Positions 59,395 to 64,000 of a stretch of 64,000 bases of DNA are shown here, piece after piece. Below the pieces are notes generated by a model that was not told where the DNA came from, did not search any database, and was given only the letters and a program-made list of their open reading frames with translations. The position numbers and the translations under genes are program-made. The stretch spans positions 1 to 64,000 of the forward strand of contig JBBRSB010000018.1 in the NCBI GenBank assembly GCA_038245785.1, read 5' to 3'. This DNA comes from Gloeobacterales cyanobacterium. GTDB taxonomy: Bacteria; Cyanobacteriota; Cyanobacteriia; Gloeobacterales; PMM-0068. Numbering within the stretch: the stretch's first letter is position 1; every line of letters begins with the position of its first letter.

Positions 59395-60363
59395 TTATGA
59401 ACCTCCTATTTCGGTATCTAAGCGTTCTGCTTTTTCAGCCTCTAATTGCTGCACCGTTCGCTGTAAGGTTTCAATAATCTCGTACATTTCCACGGGGTCA
59501 AAGATGCGTAACAAGCTGGTTTGAGTGACAATTCCCAGGTTTCTACCCCAATTCCAGGACACTACTAAGCGCCGGACATGGAGATGCTGCATTTGTTGAT
59601 GCGCTGTCCATAGAGAATCCTCAGGACTGAGAAGGCAAAGGGGGGTACTCATCACAGCTTCAGCCTTAGTTTTTGCCAGATCCAGTCTGAGTGCCTGAAA
59701 TTGTACAATATCCCGCTCCGTAACAATCCCAAGCGGCTGGTTATGCTCTTCAGCATCTTTTTCGGTAATCAGGATGCAACTGACCTGCTGCTCTGCCATC
59801 ATTTGGGCCAAGTCCAATACCGAGGCCGTCTTAGAGGCGTGAACTACTTGATGGGTCATCACATCTGCAACTCGCCGCAGCTTGAGAAGATTAGCTGGTC
59901 TCAGTACTTGACGAATACTTTCAGGGGAGACAACCCCTACAAGCTGACCTTGGACATTCACCACCACCAAATGACGGATCCGATAGCGCCGAAATAAAAA
60001 TAAAACGGCGAATAGATCTTGAAAATCAGTTTCAGTCAAAGTAATCACGGGATGGGTCATCACCTCAGCAATTTGTACCCCTTCGAAATCCTTGCCCTTG
60101 GCCGTGAGCCGCACAATATCTCGTTCTGTGAAAATTCCGACGACCTCTGTTCCTTGCGTCACCAAAGCATAGCTGGAGCGAGCACTACGAGTAGACAACG
60201 ACTCTTCATCAGCAGAAAGCTCTATATCCCGTACGGGTCTCTGTGTCAGACTCATGAAGGCAATGACATCCATGAGGGAAGTAGTGGGGGGTACCGTCAG
60301 CGGATGACGATCGATGGCTTCTTCTACGCCTGGAATAGCAATACGTGGGTCGTTAAAGGGCAT
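59395..60363 (-). CDS. Tandem CBS-domain protein (two Bateman modules) with short C-terminal coiled coil
   Basis: GIFTERDIV, VMT.PV.TL, IRHLVV, GIVTERDIV, VRRLVV, GIVTQTSLL. Confidence 0.9.
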   Translation of the reverse strand: MPFNDPRIAIPGVEEAIDRHPLTVPPTTSLMDVIAFMSLTQRPVRDIELSADEESLSTRSARSSYALVTQGTEVVGIFTERDIVRLTAKGKDFEGVQIAEVMTHPVITLTETDFQDLFAVLFLFRRYRIRHLVVVNVQGQLVGVVSPESIRQVLRPANLLKLRRVADVMTHQVVHASKTASVLDLAQMMAEQQVSCILITEKDAEEHNQPLGIVTERDIVQFQALRLDLAKTKAEAVMSTPLCLLSPEDSLWTAHQQMQHLHVRRLVVSWNWGRNLGIVTQTSLLRIFDPVEMYEIIETLQRTVQQLEAEKAERLDTEIGGS

Positions 60364-60546
60364 CCAAAAATCCGGTTAAACACTGAGAGGAGAGACTCAG
60401 GCAAGGTCCAGGAGAGATGTTACACCAAAACCTTCAAATGTCCTAAAAAGAACATCTTTACGGTTCCTAGAGGTGTATCCTTGAGGGATGTTACAGAAAA
60501 AGCCAATGAAACACTCTTACTAAGGGATTTTTAGCCTTTTTTGGTT

Positions 60547-60894
60547 TCACCTACTATCCCTGGCTACGCCAGACATTTTGGGGTTCTGCCCATAGAGTCT
60601 ATCCAAAACCCGCTTGACCGAGATACGCTTCCATTCTTGTTTCCGCTTGGTCTGGTATCCCTGCTGATTCAGCCAGTCTGCAATCTGTTGCAGAGACTTA
60701 CCCGACTTATGGTGGCGGCGAATGAGTTCAATGACTTGCTGCTCTTCGGGAACTGCTACCAGTTCACCTTCTACCGATTTCAGGCCAAACGCTGGCGAAC
60801 CATAACCTGCATAACCACCCTCGGCAGCTTTCGCCTTTCTCCCTTGGTTTAGGCGTTCCCAAATCGAAAAATTTTCCAGGTTTTCAGCAGCCAT
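60547..60894 (-). CDS. Stand-alone serine-recombinase C-terminal (recombinase/HTH) domain protein
   Basis: ERL..GR.AKA..GGY.G...PAFG...E..VI..I......G.SL.QIA..LN..GY.T; no catalytic serine domain. Confidence 0.75.
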   Translation of the reverse strand: MAAENLENFSIWERLNQGRKAKAAEGGYAGYGSPAFGLKSVEGELVAVPEEQQVIELIRRHHKSGKSLQQIADWLNQQGYQTKRKQEWKRISVKRVLDRLYGQNPKMSGVARDSR

Positions 60895-60981
60895 CGTTAC
60901 TAAAATTTAGCGCTTTGTCCATCGTACCTCCCATCGGAAAGCAAATCTAGTGAATTAGAAATTTCTCAAACTCGGAGTTCT

Positions 60982-61566
60982 ATGTCTTATTCCAATCTCA
61001 CTTCTAATGTAATTTCTGGCTTGACGGAACGAGTGTTTAAGGAACAAGAACGGATTCCACTTAGTGATAGTGTTCTCTGGAAGATTGAGCAAGGTATAGT
61101 TCGTACGCTGACATGGAGTGGGGAAGGAACAGCCGTTACTCTTGGGATTTGGGGACCAGGAGATGTTGTTGGCAAGCCACTATCCAAGGCTGAACCCTAT
61201 GAAATTGAATGTTTGGATTGTGTAAGAGTTCTGGCTTTACCTCTTTCCCTTTGGGCTCAAGAACTAAACGCAATAATTTTACATGCTCAGCAAATAGAAG
61301 AATTGCTCAGCATTGTTAACAGTGAAAAAATACATACACGTTTATTAGAGTTCTTAATTTGGCTTACGCAAAAATTTGGTCATGGAGTTAGTCAAGGATG
61401 GTTGCTTGAACTGTGCTTGACCCACCAAGAAATTGCTGAATCGATTGCTACAACGCGAGTGACTGTGACGCGGATGCTTGGAATTCTAGAACAGGAAGGC
61501 AAAATTATCCGAAATCACCACCAATTAATCTTGCCCTATGACCTTATTCTTTCTGATAACGATTGA
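60982..61566 (+). CDS. Crp/Fnr family regulator (paralogue of 47377)
   Basis: RVFKEQERIPL, VRTLTWS, LTHQEIAESIATTRVTVTR. Confidence 0.92.
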   Translation: MSYSNLTSNVISGLTERVFKEQERIPLSDSVLWKIEQGIVRTLTWSGEGTAVTLGIWGPGDVVGKPLSKAEPYEIECLDCVRVLALPLSLWAQELNAIILHAQQIEELLSIVNSEKIHTRLLEFLIWLTQKFGHGVSQGWLLELCLTHQEIAESIATTRVTVTRMLGILEQEGKIIRNHHQLILPYDLILSDND

Positions 61567-61599
61567 TAGTAGAAAATCCTTCAGCTAAGGGAAAATACG

Positions 61600-61950
61600 A
61601 TGGACAACACAACTAACTTAGAAAATAATGAACGGCATAAATTATTTACCTACCAACGACCCGTTGTAATCTATTGTTGGGCTCATTGGTGTACCGATTG
61701 CCATACAGTCAGTCCTTTGATCGACCAACTTGCTGAAGAGTATAGAGGATATATCAAAGTAATCAAGCTCAATATAGATGAAAAGTCTAAAATAGCTAGT
61801 AAACTTGGAATCCTTGGTGTCAATAGCATTCCGATTATGTTCATTTTTAAAGGTGGTAAACTTGTAGAAAAAATAGCAGGTATTGCTCCTTATGAATTAT
61901 TTTGCAGCGCTATTAGAAAACACCTTTCTGATGAGCGGTGCATGCATTGA
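61600..61950 (+). CDS. Thioredoxin-like protein, WCTDC site (paralogue of 48012)
   Basis: CWAHWCTDC, KLNIDE, SIP, AIRKHL. Confidence 0.85.
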   Translation: MDNTTNLENNERHKLFTYQRPVVIYCWAHWCTDCHTVSPLIDQLAEEYRGYIKVIKLNIDEKSKIASKLGILGVNSIPIMFIFKGGKLVEKIAGIAPYELFCSAIRKHLSDERCMH

Positions 61951-61961
61951 CTTCATCATCA

Positions 61962-62927
61962 TTAATGTTGGCCCGGTACTAACAAAGCAGCCAAAATAGC
62001 CTTCTGGGCATGTAGCCTATTTTCTGCTTGGTCCCAGACTCTTGATTGAGGGCCTTCTAGAGCTTCTGCGCTGATTTCTTCTCCGCGATGGGCAGGCAAA
62101 CAATGCAAGATAATCGCCTTTGGGTCGGCCAGAGCGCAGAGCGCATCATTGACTTGATAGTCAGCAAAGGCTTTCTGTCGCGTTGCGGATTCTTCCTCTT
62201 GCCCCATACTGGCCCACACATCCGTGTAGAGGGCATGGGCATCCTGAGCGGCTTCGGCTGGGTCTTTCAGAAGGCTAATCGTACACTCCGTATGAGCAGC
62301 AATCTCTTGAGCCCGTTGAACAACGGTACTTAGGGGTTCATAGCCTGGTGGAGTGGCTACCTTTAGATTCATGCCCACCTTGGCACAGCCCAACAAGAGT
62401 GAATGAACAATATTGTTTCCATCCCCGATATAGGCTATGGTCAGCCCTTTTAGAGTGCCAAAGGTCTCTTTCATCGTCAGCAAATCAGCCAGAATTTGAC
62501 AAGGATGTTCAAGATCCGTCAGGGCATTAATGACAGGAATCGAACAATAATTGGCAAACTCCTCTAGCTCAGCTTGTTCAAAAGTACGGATGGCTAAAGC
62601 ATCTACATATCGGGAAAGGACCCGAGCAGTATCCTTTACCGATTCTCCTCTGCCCACCTGAATCACATTCGGGTTTAGGTCAATCGCTTCGCCACCCAAG
62701 TGATACATGGCCACCATAAAACTAACCCGAGTCCGGGTAGAGGCTTTACGAAAAAGCAACCCTAAGGTCTGGCCTGCGAGTGGTTTTACGGCTCGATTCG
62801 CTTTGTAGTATTGGGCCGAATCCAACAACGCATGCAGTTGAAGGGTGTTCAACTCATCCAAGCTCAACAGGTCTTTGCCTGAGAGTGTACGAATCGCATC
62901 GATCGAGGGTCCTTCTGCAGAAATCAC
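61962..62927 (-). CDS. argF: Ornithine carbamoyltransferase
   Basis: STRTRVSF, HPCQILAD, GDGNN, DVWASMG, HCLPA, QAENRLH. Confidence 0.97.
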   Translation of the reverse strand: MISAEGPSIDAIRTLSGKDLLSLDELNTLQLHALLDSAQYYKANRAVKPLAGQTLGLLFRKASTRTRVSFMVAMYHLGGEAIDLNPNVIQVGRGESVKDTARVLSRYVDALAIRTFEQAELEEFANYCSIPVINALTDLEHPCQILADLLTMKETFGTLKGLTIAYIGDGNNIVHSLLLGCAKVGMNLKVATPPGYEPLSTVVQRAQEIAAHTECTISLLKDPAEAAQDAHALYTDVWASMGQEEESATRQKAFADYQVNDALCALADPKAIILHCLPAHRGEEISAEALEGPQSRVWDQAENRLHAQKAILAALLVPGQH

Positions 62928-64000
62928 GGTGTGCTAGCGCCCTTATCTTCAGGTTGCGTTCCCTGAGAAACAGGCGTTTGAGGCTGATTGGCATCGGCTG
63001 CAGGCGTCACTGGTGTACCTGCTTTCGCTTCTGCAATCACTTTAGTCAGTGCCTGCACGGCCCGGACATACTGGGGGTCAGAAGCAGTTGCAATCTCTAT
63101 GCCTTTTGCTTTATTTTTCTTAGTCAGCTTAGGCAACTCCACTTGGATATCTGGTTGAATACCCTTTTTGTGAATATCCGCTCCAGAGGGGGTTTTGTAA
63201 TGAGCAATGGTCACGGCCATTCCAGAACCATCAGATAGAGAGTGAACGGATTGAACCAGCCCTTTACCGAACGTTTTGGTACCTACCAAAACAGCCCGCT
63301 TGTTGTCCTTAAGTGCTCCAGAAAGAATTTCACTGGCACTGGCTGACCCGCCGTCCACCAGAATCACCAAAGGTTTATCCGTTAAGGAGTGATGGTTTGC
63401 ACTCAGACGTTCTACCTCTCCTTCACGGTTTTGGGTGGAGACGATAGTACCTTCTTCCATAAACAATTCAGCAATCTCGGCAGAAGCATAGAGCAAACCA
63501 CCAGGATTTTGTCTAAGGTCTAGAACAAATCCTTCCACTTGCTTCTTATTGAGGTCTTGCACCGCTTGGCGCATTTCCTTTGCGGCCGTACCTGTAAATT
63601 GCGTTAGGCGGATGTAGCCCAGCTGACCCGGCTGCGTTCCCACCGCACCTACAATCGGGCGAGCATCACTCTTGACCGCTTTTAGTTCGATCCGGCTACG
63701 GACCAAATCGACATTAAATACTTCGGTGCCGCGACGGATTGTAAACTTTACAGAACTTCCGGCTTTGCCCCGAATTTTGCCTACCGCTTCTTCCCTGCTC
63801 ATCCCTTTAGTAGGTGTGCCATCAATGGCCTGAACGATATCCTTGGATACTATTCCAGCCTTCGCCGCAGGAGTGTCTTCAATAGGGGCGATGACCAACA
63901 ATTCTTTGGTTTTGGGCTCAATATCAATTTGGATGCCTACTCCCGTGAGTTCGCCTGAGGTGTCAACCTGCATACTGGCGTATGCTTTTGGGTCCATGAA
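62924..64000 (-). CDS. ctpA: C-terminal processing peptidase S41A (5' end beyond window)
   Basis: PDZ (GVGIQI, PAAKAGI), DLRQNPGGLL, SASASEI, TFGKGLVQ; frame open to the window edge. Confidence 0.93.
   Translation of the reverse strand, partial: FMDPKAYASMQVDTSGELTGVGIQIDIEPKTKELLVIAPIEDTPAAKAGIVSKDIVQAIDGTPTKGMSREEAVGKIRGKAGSSVKFTIRRGTEVFNVDLVRSRIELKAVKSDARPIVGAVGTQPGQLGYIRLTQFTGTAAKEMRQAVQDLNKKQVEGFVLDLRQNPGGLLYASAEIAELFMEEGTIVSTQNREGEVERLSANHHSLTDKPLVILVDGGSASASEILSGALKDNKRAVLVGTKTFGKGLVQSVHSLSDGSGMAVTIAHYKTPSGADIHKKGIQPDIQVELPKLTKKNKAKGIEIATASDPQYVRAVQALTKVIAEAKAGTPVTPAADANQPQTPVSQGTQPEDKGASTP

Overview
Cyanobacterial chromosomal window. The genes are cyanobacterial in type, but HIP1 octamers are rare and I saw none in the core genes, which would fit an early-branching Gloeobacterales-like host (inference). 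Housekeeping blocks (trxA/rexT, DUF4912-GH57 glycogen genes, gltX, anmK, tal-gnd-prlC, argF, ctpA) flank a ~30 kb signalling/stress region at about 22-52 kb. That region holds two parallel phosphorelay modules, each an RcaC-like REC-wHTH-Hpt regulator, a PAS histidine kinase and a single-domain receiver. The second module adds a stand-alone CheB and a CheR fused to a methyl-accepting-type coiled coil, with no chemoreceptor in the window. The main finding is a promoter element read directly from the sequence, CCTCA-N6-CCTCA-N11-TAnnnT. It occurs six times, each time intergenic and oriented toward the downstream gene: hsp20, a sigma factor, a USP-OsmC-PRT operon, a DUF2949-Crp-Trx operon, an efflux operon and a membrane protein. 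This points to a local regulon of the RcaC-like regulators. Other findings: duplicated Crp + atypical thioredoxin modules, a tyrosine recombinase lacking most catalytic residues near a dif-like site, a sucrose-phosphatase homologue lacking its catalytic Asp, a Tat-signal lipoxygenase with altered ligands and an in-frame deletion, stacks of intact and decayed toxin-antitoxin genes (one integron-cassette-like), and several single-base frameshifts that may be assembly errors. No rRNA, tRNA or CRISPR array was recognised. All assignments are by eye, without database searches.
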